The notes beneath the pieces are model-generated. The model made no database searches and was not told where the DNA came from. It saw nothing but the letters and a program-made list of their open reading frames with translations. Below are positions 1 through 14,400 of a stretch of 64,000 nucleotides of DNA, in pieces (position 1 is the stretch's first letter; the number at the start of each line of letters is the position of its first letter). A program made the translations under genes and the position numbers. The stretch comes from the human T2T-CHM13v2.0 reference genome, Homo sapiens. Location: NCBI RefSeq assembly GCF_009914755.1, contig NC_060940.1. One strand, written 5' to 3'.

Positions 1-152
1 TCAATTCTATTATATTGGATGATTCCACTCGATTCCATTTGATGATTATTCCATTGGAGTCCACTTAGTGAATCCTTTAGATTCTACTCGAAGATGATTC
101 CCTTCGAGTCCATTCGATGATACCATTCAATTCCATTCGTTGATGCTTCCAT

Positions 153-2333
153 TCAAGTGCATTCGATGATATCATTCGATTCCATTTGATGATAATTCCA
201 TTTGATTCCATGCGATGATTCTATTCGATTCCATTCAATGATAATTCCATTCAATTCAGTGATTCCTCTGGACTCCATTTGATGATGATTCCATTCAATG
301 ATTCCATTCGATTCTATTCCAAAATGATTCCATTTGAATCCATTTGATGATGATTCCATTAGATTCCATTTGATGATTCCATTCGATTCCATTTGACGAT
401 GATTCCATTCGATTCCATTTGATGATTCCATTCTATTCTATTCGATGATGATTCCATTCGATTCCATTCGATGATGGTTGGATTCGATTTCATTTGATGA
501 TTTCATTTGATTCCATTCATTAATGATTTCGATCAACTCCATTCGATGATTGCATTTAATTCCATTCGATAATGATTACATCCGAGTCCATTCAATGATT
601 CCATTTGAGCCAGTTTGATAATTCCATTTGAGTCCAATCAATGATTCCATTCATTTCCATTCAATGATTCCATTCGAATCTATTCCATGATGATTCCTTG
701 CGATTCCATTCGCTGATGTTTCCGTTCAATTCCATTCGATGATGATTCCATTCGATTCCATTCATTGAGGATTCCATTTGATTCCATTAAATGATGATTC
801 CGTTCTATTCCATTCAATGATTGCATTCAATTCCATTCAATGATTATCCCCTTAGAGTAAACTCAACGATTCCATTCAATGCCATTCGATGATGATTCCT
901 TTTGAGTCCATTCAATGATTTCATTCAAGTCCATTTGATGATTCCTTTCAATTCCATTCTATGATGATTCCATTCGAGTCCATTCGATGATTCCATTCAA
1001 TTGCATTCGATGATTCCATTATATTCCAATCAACGATGATTCCATTCGAGTCCATTCGATGATTCCATTAGAGTACATTTAATGATTGCTTTGTTTTCAA
1101 TTCGAAGATGATTACATTGGATTCCATTCTATGATACCATTCGATTCCATTCAATGATGATTCCACTCAAATCCATTGGATGATTCCATTCGTGTCCATT
1201 CGGTGATTTCATTAGATTCCATTCGAGGATGATTCCATTCGATTCCATTCGATGATTCCATTCAATTCCATTCGATGATGATTCCATTCCAGTCCATATG
1301 ATCATTCCATTTGATTTCATTCGATGATGATTCCATTCGATTCCATTCGATGATTCCATTCTATTCCATTCGATGATGATTCCATTCGAGTCCATTCGAT
1401 GATTCCATTCGAGTCCATTTAATGATTCCATTGGGTTCAATTCAATGATGATTACATTGGATTCCGTTCTATGATTCCATTCAATTCCGTTCATTGACAA
1501 TTTGATTCCATTCGATGATGATTCCATTTGAGTTCATTCGATGATTCTATTCGATTTTCTTCGATGGTGATTCAATTCTATTATATTGGATGATTCCATT
1601 CGATTCCATTTGATGTTGATTCAATTCGATTCTATTCGATGATGATTCCATTGGATTTCACTTGATGATTCTATTCGATTCCATTCAATGATGATTCACT
1701 TCTCGTCCATTGGATGATTCCATTTCATTCCATTCGATGATGATTCCATTCGATTCCTTTCGATGATTCCATTTGATTCCATGTGACGGTGAGCAATTCG
1801 ATTCAATTCCATGATGATTCTATTTGATTCAATTAGATGATGTTTCCATTCGAATCCATTACATGATTATTCCATTGGAATCCATTTGGCGATGATTCCA
1901 TATGAGTCAATTCAATGATGATTCCATATGGGTCCGTTCGATGATAATTCCATTTGATTTCATTCGATGCTTCTATTCAATTCCAGTCGATGATGATTCC
2001 GTTGGAGTCCATACGATGATTCCATTTGATTTCATTTGATGATGATTCCATTCGATGATGATTACATTGGATTCCATTCTATGATTCCATTCAATTCCAT
2101 TCGTTGATGATTCGATTCCATTCAATGATGATTCCATTTGAGTTCATTCGATGATTCTATTCGATTCCGTTCGATGGTGATTCAATTCTATTATATTGGA
2201 TGATTCCACTCGATTCCATTTGATGATTATTCCATTGGAGTCCACTTAGTGAATCCTTTAGATTCTACTCGAAGATGATTCCATTCGAGTCCATTCGATG
2301 ATACCATTCAATTCTATTCGTTGATGCTTCCAT
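153..2333 (+). repeat. Deleted unit, 2,181 bp (3,931-bp deletion at 655-677)
   Basis: Landmark spacing 153 to 2334. The sequence jumps from reference 11953 to reference 15884 across TTCCATTCAATGATTCCATTCGA. Confidence 0.88.
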
Positions 2334-4803
2334 TCAAGTGCATTCGATGATATCATTCGATTCCATTTGATGATAATTCCATTTGATTCCATGCGATGAT
2401 TCTATTCGATTCCATTCAATGATAATTCCATTCAATTCAGTGATTCCTCTGGACTCCATTTGATGATGATTCCATTCAATGATTCCATTCGATTCCATTC
2501 CGAAATGATTCCATTTGAATCCATTTGATGATGATTCCATTAGATTCCATTTGATGATTCCATTCGATTCCATTTGACGATGATTCCATTCGATTCCATT
2601 TGATGATTCCATTCTATTCTATTCGATGATGATTCCATTCGATTCCATTCGATGATGATTGGATTCGATTCCATTTGATGATTTCATTTGATTCCATTCG
2701 TTAATGATTTCGATCAACTCCATTCGATGATTCCATTTAATTCCATTCGATAATGATTACATCCGAGTCCATTCGATGATTCCATTTGAGCCCGTTCGAT
2801 AATTCCATTTGAGTCCAATCAATGATTCCATTCATTTCCATTCAATGATTCCATTCGAGTCCATTTGATCATTCCGGTAGGGTCCGTTCGATGTTGATTC
2901 CATTGGAGTGCATTCGATGATTCCATTCGAGTCCATTTTAGGATTTGATTCGAGTCCTTTCGATGATTCCATTCGATTCCACTCGATGATGATTTCATTC
3001 GAGTCCATTCGACACTTCCAATCGATTCCATTTGATGTTTCCATTCGAGTCCAATTGATGATTCCATTCAATTCCATTCGATGATGATTCCGTACGATTC
3101 CATTCTGTGATGATTCCATGTGATTGCATTCAATGATGATTCCTTTCGATTGCATTCGATTATGATTCATTTCGTGTTCATTCTATGGTTCCACAGGTTT
3201 CCATTCGATGACGTTTCCGTTCGTGTCCATTCCATTATTCCATTCTATTTCATTTGATGATGATTTCATTCGATTCCATTCATTGGTGATTCCACTCAAT
3301 TCCATTCAATGATTCCATTCCATTTCTTTCAACAATGATTCCATTAGTTTCTATTCGATGATCCACTTGATTCCATTTGGCGATGATTCCATTCGTGTCC
3401 ATTCGATGATTCCGTTTGATTCCATATGATGATGATTCCATTCGATTCCATACGATGATGATTCCATTCGTGTCCATTCAATGGTGATTCCATTCAATTC
3501 CATTCGATGATTCCTTCCGATTCCATTCGATGATGATGGCATTCGATTCCTTTCAATCATTCCCTTTGATTCCATTCAAAGGTGACTTCATTCAAGTCCA
3601 TTCGATAATTGCATTCGATTCCATTCTATGATGATTCCATTCGAGTCCATTTGATGATTCCATTCAATTCAAGTCAATGATGATTCCATTCGATTCCACT
3701 CGATGATTCCATTGGATTCCATTCGATGATGATTCCATTCAAATCCATTCGATAATTCAATTCAAGTCCATTCGATGATGATTCCAATCGAATCCATTCA
3801 AAGATTCCATTCAATTCCATTCGATGATGATTCCCTTAGATTCCATTCGATGATTCCACTTGATTCCATTTAAGATGATTCCATTTGATTCCATGTGATG
3901 AATCCATTCAATTCTATTCAATGATGTTTCCATTTGATTCCATTGGACCATGATTGCCTTTGATTCCATTCAATGATTCCATTCGGTTCCATTTGATGAT
4001 GATTCCGTTCGATTCCATTTCATTATTCCATTTGATTCCATTGGATGAGTCCATTCGATTACATTCGATGATTATTCCATTCGAGTGCATTAGATGATTG
4101 CATTCGTGTCCATTCGATGATTCCATTCGATTCCATTCGATGTTGATTCTGTTCAAATCCATTCGATGATTCCACTCGATTCCATTCGATGACTCCATTT
4201 GATCCCTTTCGATGATTTCCTGTGATTCCCTTTGATGATCATTCTATTTGATTCAATTCGGTGATTTCATTTCATTCCATTCAGTGATGTTTCCATTCGA
4301 CTGTATTCGATGATGATTCCATTCGACTCCATTCGATTATGATTTCATTCAATTCCATTCCATAATGATTCCCTTCGAGTCCATTCGATGATTCCATTCG
4401 ATTCCATTCAACGATGATTTGATTCGTTTCCATTCGATGATTCCATTTGATTCCACTTGATGATGATTCCATTCGAGTCCATACGATGATTCCATTTGAT
4501 TTCATTTGATGATGATTCCATTCGATGATGATTACATTGGATTCCATTCTATGATTCCATTCAATTCCATTCGTTGATGATTCGATTCCATTCAATGATG
4601 ATTCCATTTGAGTTCATTCGATGATTCTATTCGATTCCGTTCGATGGTGATTCAATTCTATTATATTGGATGATTCCACTCGATTCCATTTGATGATTAT
4701 TCCATTGGAGTCCACTTAGTGAATCCTTTAGATTCTACTCGACGATGATTCCATTCGAGTCCATTCGATGATACCATTCAATTCCATTCGTTGATGCTTC
4801 CAT
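2334..4803 (+). repeat. Deleted variant-lineage unit, 2,470 bp (3,661-bp deletion at 4475-4482; +16 and +3 indels)
   Basis: Landmark spacing 2334 to 4804. GAGTCCAT joins reference 13573 to 17234, and 6112-3661+16+3=2470. Confidence 0.87.
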
Positions 4804-7800
4804 TCAAGTGCATTCGATGATATCATTCGATTCCATTTGATGATAATTCCATTTGATTCCATGCGATGATTCTATTCGATTCCATTCAATGATAATTCCA
4901 TTCAATTCAATGATTCCTCTGGACTCCATTTGATGATGATTCCATTCAATGATTCCATTCGATTCTATTCGAAAATGATTCCATTTGAATCCATTTGATG
5001 ATGATTCCATTGGATTCCATTTGATGATTCCATTCGATTCCATTCGACGATGATTCCATTCGATTCCATTGGATGATTCCATTCTATTCTATTCGATGAT
5101 GATTCCATTCGATTCCATTCGATGATGATTGGATTCGATTCCATTTGATTATTTCATTTGATTCCATTCGTTAATGATTTCGATCAATTCCATTCGATGA
5201 TTCCATTCGATTCCATTCGATAATGATTACATCCGAGTCCATTCGATGATTCCATTGGAGCCTGTTCGATAATTCCATTTGAGTCCAACCAATGATTCCA
5301 TTCATTTCCATTCAATGATTCCATTCGAGTCCATTTGATCATTCCGGTAGGGTCCATTCGATGTTGATTCCATTGGAGTGCATTCGATGATTCCATTCGA
5401 GTCCATTTTAGGATTTGATTCGAGTCCTTTCGATGATTCCATTCGATTCCACTCGATGATGATTTCATTCGAGTCCATTCGACACTTCCAATCGATTCCA
5501 TTTGATGATTCCATTCGAGTCCAATTGATGATTCCATTCAATTCCATTCGATGATGATTCCGTACGATTCCATTCTGTGATGATTCCATGTGATTGCATT
5601 CAATGATGATTCCTTTCGATTGCATTCGATTATGATTCATTTCGTGTTCATTCTATGGTTCCACAGGTTTCCATTCGTGTCCATTCCATTATTCCATTCT
5701 ATTCCATTTGATGATGATTCCATTCGATTCCATTCATTGGTGATTCCACTCAATTCCATTCAATGATTCCATTCCATTTCTTTCAACAATGATTCCATTA
5801 GTTTCTAATCGATGATCCACTTGATTCCATTTGATGACGATTCCATTCTTGTCCATTCGATGATTCCATTTGATTCCATATGATGATGATTCCATTCGAT
5901 TCCATACCATGATGATTCCATTCGAGTCCATTCAATGGTGATTCCATTCAATTCCATTCGATGATTCCTTTTGATTCCATTCGATGATGATGGCATTCGA
6001 TTCCTTTCAATCATTCCCTTTGATTCCATTCAAAGGTGATTTCATTCAAGTCCATTCGATAATTGCATTCGATTCCATTCTATGATGATTCCATTCGAGT
6101 CCATTTGATGATTCCATTCAATTCAAGTCAATGATGATTCCATTCGATTCCATTCGATGATTCCATTGGATTCCATTCGATGATGATTCCATTCAAATCC
6201 ATTCGATAATTCAATTCAAGTCCATTCGATGATGATTCCAATCGAATCCATTCAAAGATTCCATTCAGTTCCATTCGATGATTCCCTTAGATTCCATTCG
6301 ATGATTCCACTTGATTGCATTTACGATGATTCCATTCGATTCCATGTGATGATTCCATTCAATTCTATTCAATGATGTCTCCATTTGATTCCATTCGACC
6401 ATGATTGCCTTTGATTCCATTCAATGATTCCATTCGGTTCCGTTTGATGATGATTCCGTTCGATTCCATTTGATGATTCCATTTGATTCCATTGGATGAG
6501 TCCATTCGATTACATTCGATGATTATTCCATTCGAGTGCATTAGATGATTCCATTCGAGTCCATTCGATGATTCCATTCGATTCCATTCGATGTTGATTC
6601 TGTTCAAATCCATTCGATGATTCCACTCGATTCCATTCGTTGACTCCATTTGATCCCATTCGATGATTTCCTTTGATTCCCTTTGATGATCATTCCATTT
6701 GATTCAATTCGGTGATTTCATTTGATTCCATTCAGTGATGTTTCCATTCGACTCCATTCGATGATGATTCCATTCGACTCCATTCGATTATGATTTCATT
6801 CAATTCCATTCGATAATGATTCCCTTCGAGTCCATTCGATGATTCCATTCGATTCCATTCAACGATGATTTGATTCGTGTCCATTCGATGATTCCATTTG
6901 ATTCCACTTGATGATGATTCCATTCGAGTCCATTTGATGATTCCATTCAATTCCATACTCCGATGATTTCTTTTGAGCCCACTCAATGCTTCCACTCGAT
7001 TCCATATGATGATGACTCCATTCGATGAAATTCGATGATGATTCCATTCGCTTGCTTTCGATGATGATTCCACTTGAGTCCGTTAGAAGATTCTATTCAA
7101 TTACATTCCAGGACGATTCCGTTCGAGTCCATTTGATGATTCCATTAGACTCCATTCGACGATGATTCCATTCGATGTTATTCGATGATTCCATTCGATC
7201 TCATTCGATGATGATTCCATTCAACTCCATTCGATGTTTCCATTCGAGTTCATTCTATTATTCCATTAGATTCCATTCGATGATGATTCCATTCGATTCC
7301 ATTTGATGATTGCATTCTATTTCATTTGATGATGATTCCATTCGAGTCCACTCGATGATTCCATTCGAGTCCATTTAATGAATCCATTGGTTTCAATTCT
7401 ATGATGATTACATTGGATTCCATTCGTTGATGATTTCATTCGGTTCCATTCAATGATGATTCCATTCAATTCCTTTCAATGTTTCCATTCAATTCCATAC
7501 GATGATGATTCCATTTGATTTGATTCGACAGTGAGCCATTCGATTCAATTCCATGATGATTCTATTTGATTCCATTGGTTGACATTTCCATTCGATTCCA
7601 TTCGATGATGATTCCCTTTGATTCCGTTCAAAGATGATTCCATTCTAGCCCATTCAATCATTCCATTCGATTCTATTCGATGATGATTCCATTGGATTTC
7701 ACTTGATGATTCTATTCGATTCCATTCAATGATGATTCACTTCTCGTCCATTGGATGATTCCATTTCATTCCATTCGATGATGATTCCATTCGATTCCAT

Positions 7801-10800
7801 TCGATGATTCCATTTGATTCCATGCGACGGTGAGCAATTCGATTCAATTCCATGATGATTCTATTTGATTCAATTAGATGATGTTTCCATTCGAATCCAT
7901 TCCATGATTATTCCATTGGAATCCATTCGGCGATGATTCCATGTGAGTCAATTCAATGATGATTCCATATGGGTCCGTTCGATGATAATTCCATTTGATT
8001 TCATTCGATGCTTCTATTCTATTCCAGTCGATGATGATTCCGTTGGAGTCCATACGATGATTCCATTTGATTTCATTTGATGATGATTCCATTCGATGAT
8101 GATTACATTGGATTCCATTCTATGATTCCATTCAATTCCATTCGTTGATGATTCGATTCCATTCAATGATGATTCCATTCTAGCCCATTCAATCATTCCA
8201 TTCGATTCTATTCAATGATGATTCCATTCATGTCGATTTGGTGATTCCATTTGACTTCATTTGATGATGATTCCTTTCAAGTTCATTAGATGATTCCATT
8301 CGATTCCATTTGATGATGATCCCATTCGAGTCCACTCAGTCATTCCATTCGTTTCCATTCCATGATGATTCCATTCCATTCCATTCAATGATTCCATTCG
8401 ATTCCGTTTGATGATGATTTCATTCGAGTCCATTTGATGATTCCATTTGATTCCATTCGATGATGATTCCATTCGAGTCCATTCGATGATTCTATTCGAA
8501 TCCATTTGATGATTTCTTTTGATTATAGTTGGTGATGATTCCATTGGAGTCCATTCAATGATTCCATTCGATTCCAATCGATGGTGATTCCATTAGAGTC
8601 CATTTAATGATTCCATTTGATTCCAGTCTCTGATGATTACATTCGAGTCCATACGATGATTCCACTCAATTCCATATGATGATGATTCCATTCTATTCCA
8701 TTCGATGATTCCATTCTATTCTATTCAATGGTGATTCCATTCGAGTACATTAGATGATTCCATTCGATTCCATTCAATGATGATTCTATTTGTGTCCCTT
8801 AGATGATTCCACATGATTCCATTAGATGATGATACTATTTGAGCCCATCCAATGATTCCCTTTTATTCCATTCGATGAGGATTCCATTCGATTCAATTCA
8901 TTGGTGATTCTATTCAATTCAATTCTTTGATTCCATTCCATTCCATTCGACAATGATTCCATTCGATTTCTTTCGATGATTCCACTCGATTCCACTTGAC
9001 ATTGATTCCATTCGATTCCATTCAATGATTCCATTTGATTCCAGTGGATGATGATTGCCATCGATTCCATTCGATCACTCCATTCTATTCCATTTGATGA
9101 TGATTACATTCGATTCCATTTGATGATTCCATCTGATTCTATTCGAGGATTCCATTTGATTCCATTCGATGATGATTCCATTCGAGTCCATTCGATGATT
9201 TCATTCGAGTACATCCAATGATTCCATTCGAGTCCATTAGATGATTCCATTTGATTCCATTTGATTATGATTCTACTAGAGTCCATTCAATGACTCCATT
9301 CGAGTCCATTCAACAATTCCTTTCGACTCCATTCGATGATTCCATTCGATTCCATTTGATGGTTCCATTCGAGTCCATTTAATCATTACAGTCGAGTCCA
9401 TTTGGTGATTCCACTGGATTTCTTTTGATAATGATACCATTCAATTACATTTGATGATGATCCCATTCAATTTCATTTGATGATGATTCCATTAGAGTCC
9501 ATTCGATGATTTCATTCGAGTCCCTTCATTGATTCCATCCGATTTCATTGGATGATGACTCCATTCGAGTCCATTCGATGATTCCACTCGATTCCATTAG
9601 ATGATTCCATTGGAGTCCATTTGATTGTTCCATTCGATTCCATTCGATTCCTTTCGAAGATTATTCCATTTGAGTCCATTCGATGATGATTCCATTCCAT
9701 TCCATTCGATGATTCCGTTTGATTCCATTCGATGATTCCCTTTGATTCCTTTCTGTGATGATTCCATTCCATTCCATTCAATGATTCCATTCGAATCTAT
9801 TCCATGATGATTCCTTTCGATTCCATTCGCTGATGTTTCCGTTCAATTCCATTCGATGATGATTCCATTCGATTCCATTCATTGAGGATTCCATTTGATT
9901 CCATTCAATGATGATTCCATTCTATTCCATTCAATGATTGCATTCAATTCCATTCAATGATTATCCCATTAGAGTAAACTCAACGATTCCATTCAATACC
10001 ATTCGATGATGATTCCTTTTGAGTCCATTCAATGATTTCATTCAAGTCCATTTGATGATTCCTTTCAATTCCATTCTATGATGATTCCATTCGAGTCCAT
10101 TCGATGATTCCATTCGATTGCATTCGATGATTCCATTATATTCCATTCAACGATGATTCCATTCGAGTCCATTCCATGATTCCATTAGAGTACCTTTAAT
10201 GATTGCTTTGTTTTCAATTCGAAGATGATTACATTCGATTCCATTCTATGATACCATTCGATTCCATTCAATGATGATTCCACTCAAATCCATTGGATGA
10301 CTCCATTCGTGTCCATTCGGTGATTTCATTAGATTCCATTCGAGGATGATTCCATTCGATTCCATTCGATGATTCCATTCAATTCCATTCGATGATGATT
10401 CCATTCCAGTCCATATGATCATTCCATTTGATTTCATTCGATGATGATTCCATTCGATTCCATTCGACGATTCCATTCTATTCCATTCGATGATGATTCC
10501 ATTCAAGTCCATTCGATCATTCCATTCGAGTCCATTTAATGATTCCATTGGGTTCAATTCAATGATGATTACATTGGATTCCGTTCTATGATTCCATTCA
10601 ATTCCGTTCATTGACAATTTGATTCCATTCGATGATGATTCCATTTGAGTTCATTCGATGATTCTATTCGATTCTCTTCGATGGTGATTCAATTCTATTA
10701 TATTGGATGATTCCATTCGATTCCATTTGATGTTGATTCAATTCGATTCTATTCGATGATGATTCCATTGGATTTCACTTGATGATTCTATTCGATTCCA

Positions 10801-11450
10801 TTCAATGATGATTCACTTCTCGTCCATTGGATGATTCCATTTCATTCCATTCGATGATGATTCCATTCGATTCCATTCGATGATTCCATTTGATTCCATG
10901 CGACGGTGAGCAATTCGATTCAATTCCATGATGATTCTATTTGATTCAATTAGATGATGTTTCCATTCGAATCCATTCCATGATTATTCCATTGGAATCC
11001 ATTCGGCGATGATTCCATATGAGTCAATTCAATGATGATTCCATATGGGTCCGTTCGATGATAATTCCATTTGATTTCATTCGATGCTTCTATTCTATTC
11101 CAGTCGATGATGATTCCGTTGGAGTCCATACGATGATTCCATTTGATTTCATTTGATGATGATTCCATTCGATGATGATTACATTGGATTCCATTCTATG
11201 ATTCCATTCAATTCCATTCGTTGATGATTCGATTCCATTCAATGATGATTCCATTTGAGTTCATTCGATGATTCTATTCGATTCCGTTCGATGGTGATTC
11301 AATTCTATTATATTGGATGATTCCACTCGATTCCATTTGATGATTATTCCATTGGAGTCCACTTAGTGAATCCTTTAGATTCTACTCGACGATGATTCCA
11401 TTCGAGTCCATTCGATGTTACCATTCAATTCCATTCGTTGATGCTTCCAT
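4804..11450 (+). repeat. Expanded unit, 6,647 bp (+535 bp from an internal templated insertion)
   Basis: Landmark spacing 4804 to 11451. TAGCCC occurs at both 7646 and 8181 (535 apart), bracketing an extra copy of the segment at 10755-11243. Confidence 0.88.
10942..10952 (-). promoter_or_regulatory. Candidate DUX4 double-homeodomain site TAATTGAATCA (representative; about one per unit)
   Basis: TGATTCAATTA on + is TAATTGAATCA on -, fitting TAAYBBAATCA. DUX4 is known to bind and activate HSATII. This is a motif match only. Confidence 0.35.
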
Positions 11451-14400
11451 TCAAGTGCATTCGATGATATCATTCGATTCCATTTGATGATAATTCCATT
11501 TGATTCCATGCGATGATTCTATTCGATTCCATTCAATGATAATTCCATTCAATTCAATGATTCCTCTGGACTCCATTTGATGATGATTCCATTCAATGAT
11601 TCCATTCGATTCTATTCGAAAATGATTCCATTTGAATCCATTTGATGATGATTCCATTGGATTCAATTTGATGATTCCATTCGATTCCATTCGACGATGA
11701 TTCCATTCGATTCCATTGGATGATTCCATTCTATTCTATTCGATGATGATTCCATTCGATTCCATTCGATGATGATTGGATTCGATTCCATTTGATTATT
11801 TCATTTGATTCCATTCGTTAATGATTTCGATCAATTCCATTCGATGATTCCATTCGATTCCATTCGATAATGATTACATCCGAGTCCATTCGATGATTCC
11901 ATTTGAGCCTGTTCGATAATTCCATTTGAGTCCAACCAATGATTCCATTCATTTCCATTCAATGATTCCATTCGAGTCCATTTGATCATTCCGGTAGGGT
12001 CCATTCGATGTTGATTCCATTGGAGTGCATTCGATGATTCCATTCGAGTCCATTTTAGGATTTGATTCGAGTCCTTTCGATGATTCCATTCGATTCCACT
12101 CGATGATGATTTCATTCGAGTCCATTCGACACTTCCAATCGATTCCATTTGATGATTCCATTCGAGTCCAATTGATGATTCCATTCAATTCCATTCGATG
12201 ATGATTCCGTACGATTCCATTCTGTGATGATTCCATGTGATTGCATTCAATGATGATTCCTTTCGATTGCATTCGATTATGATTCATTTCGTGTTCATTC
12301 TATGGTTCCACAGGTTTCCATTCGTGTCCATTCCATTATTCCATTCTATTCCATTTGATGATGATTCCATTCGATTCCATTCATTGGTGATTCCACTCAA
12401 TTCCATTCAATGATTCCATTCCATTTCTTTCAACAATGATTCCATTACTTTCTAATCGATGATCCACTTGATTCCATTTGACGACGATTCCATTCTTGTC
12501 CATTCGATGATTCCATTTGATTCCATATGATGATGATTCCATTCGATTCCATACCATGATGATTCCATTCGAGTCCATTCAATGGTGATTCCATTCAATT
12601 CCATTCGATGATTCCTTTTGATTCCATTCGATGATGATGGCATTCGATTCCTTTCAATCATTCCCTTTGATTCCATTCAAAGGTGATTTCATTCAAGTCC
12701 ATTCGATAATTGCATTCGATTCCATTCTATGATGATTCCATTCGAGTCCATTTGATGATTCCATTCAATTCAAGTCAATGATGATTCCATTCGATTCCAT
12801 TCGATGATTCCATTGGATTCCATTCGATGATGATTCCATTCAAATCCATTCGATAATTCAATTCAAGTCCATTCGATGATGATTCCAATCGAATCCATTC
12901 AAAGATTCCATTCAGTTCCATTCGATGATTCCCTTAGATTCCATTCGATGATTCCACTTGATTGCATTTACGATGATTCCATTCGATTCCATGTGATGAT
13001 TCCATTCAATTCTATTCAATGATGTCTCCATTTGATTCCATTCGACCATGATTGCCTTTGATTCCATTCAATGATTCCATTCGGTTCCGTTTGATGATGA
13101 TTCCGTTCGATTCCATTTGATGATTCCATTTGATTCCATTGGATGAGTCCATTCGATTACATTCGATGATTATTCCATTCGAGTGCATTAGATGATTCCA
13201 TTCGAGTCCATTCGATGATTCCATTCGATTCCATTCGATGTTGATTCTGTTCAAATCCATTCGATGATTCCACTCGATTCCATTCGTTGACTCCATTTGA
13301 TCCCATTCGATGATTTCCTTTGATTCCCTTTGATGATCATTCCATTTGATTCAATTCGGTGATTTCATTTGATTCCATTCAGTGATGTTTCCATTCGACT
13401 CCATTCGATGATGATTCCATTCGACTCCATTCGATTATGATTTCATTCAATTCCATTCGATAATGATTCCCTTCGAGTCCATTCGATGATTCCATTCGAT
13501 TCCATTCAACGATGATTTGATTCGTGTCCATTCGATGATTCCATTTGATTCCACTTGATGATGATTCCATTCGAGTCCATTTGATGATTCCATTCAATTC
13601 CATACTCCGATGATTTCTTTTGAGCCCACTCAATGCTTCCACTCGATTCCATATGATGATGACTCCATTCGATGAAATTCGATGATGATTCCATTCGCTT
13701 GCTTTCGATGATGATTCCACTTGAGTCCGTTAGAAGATTCTATTCAATTACATTCCATGACGATTCCGTTCGAGTCCATTTGATGATTCCATTAGACTCC
13801 ATTCGACGATGATTCCATTCGATGTTATTCGATGATTCCATTCGATCTCATTCGATGATGATTCCATTCAACTCCATTCGATGTTTCCATTCGAGTTCAT
13901 TCTATTATTCCATTAGATTCCATTCGATGATGATTCCATTCGATTCCATTTGATGATTGCATTCTATTTCATTTGATGATGATTCCATTCGAGTCCACTC
14001 GATGATTCCATTCGAGTCCATTTAATGAATCCATTGGTTTCAATTCTATGATGATTACATTGGATTCCATTCGTTGATGATTTCATTCGGTTCCATTCAA
14101 TGATGATTCCATTCAATTCCTTTCAATGTTTCCATTCAATTCCATACGATGATGATTCCATTTGATTTGATTCGACAGTGAGCCATTCGATTCAATTCCA
14201 TGATGATTCTATTTGATTCAATTGGTTGACATTTCCATTCGATTCCATTCGATGATGATTCCCTTTGATTCCGTTCAAAGATGATTCCATTCTAGCCCAT
14301 TCAATCATTCCATTCGATTCTATTCAATGATGATTCCATTCATGTCGATTTGGTGATTCCATTTGACTTCATTTGATGATGATTCCTTTCAAGTTCATTA

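Noticed and set aside
7633-8213. Mobile element with a target-site duplication
   Set aside because: The insert is local satellite sequence with no poly(A), terminal inverted repeats, LTRs or coding capacity, and both junctions lie in microhomologies. It is reported as a templated insertion instead.
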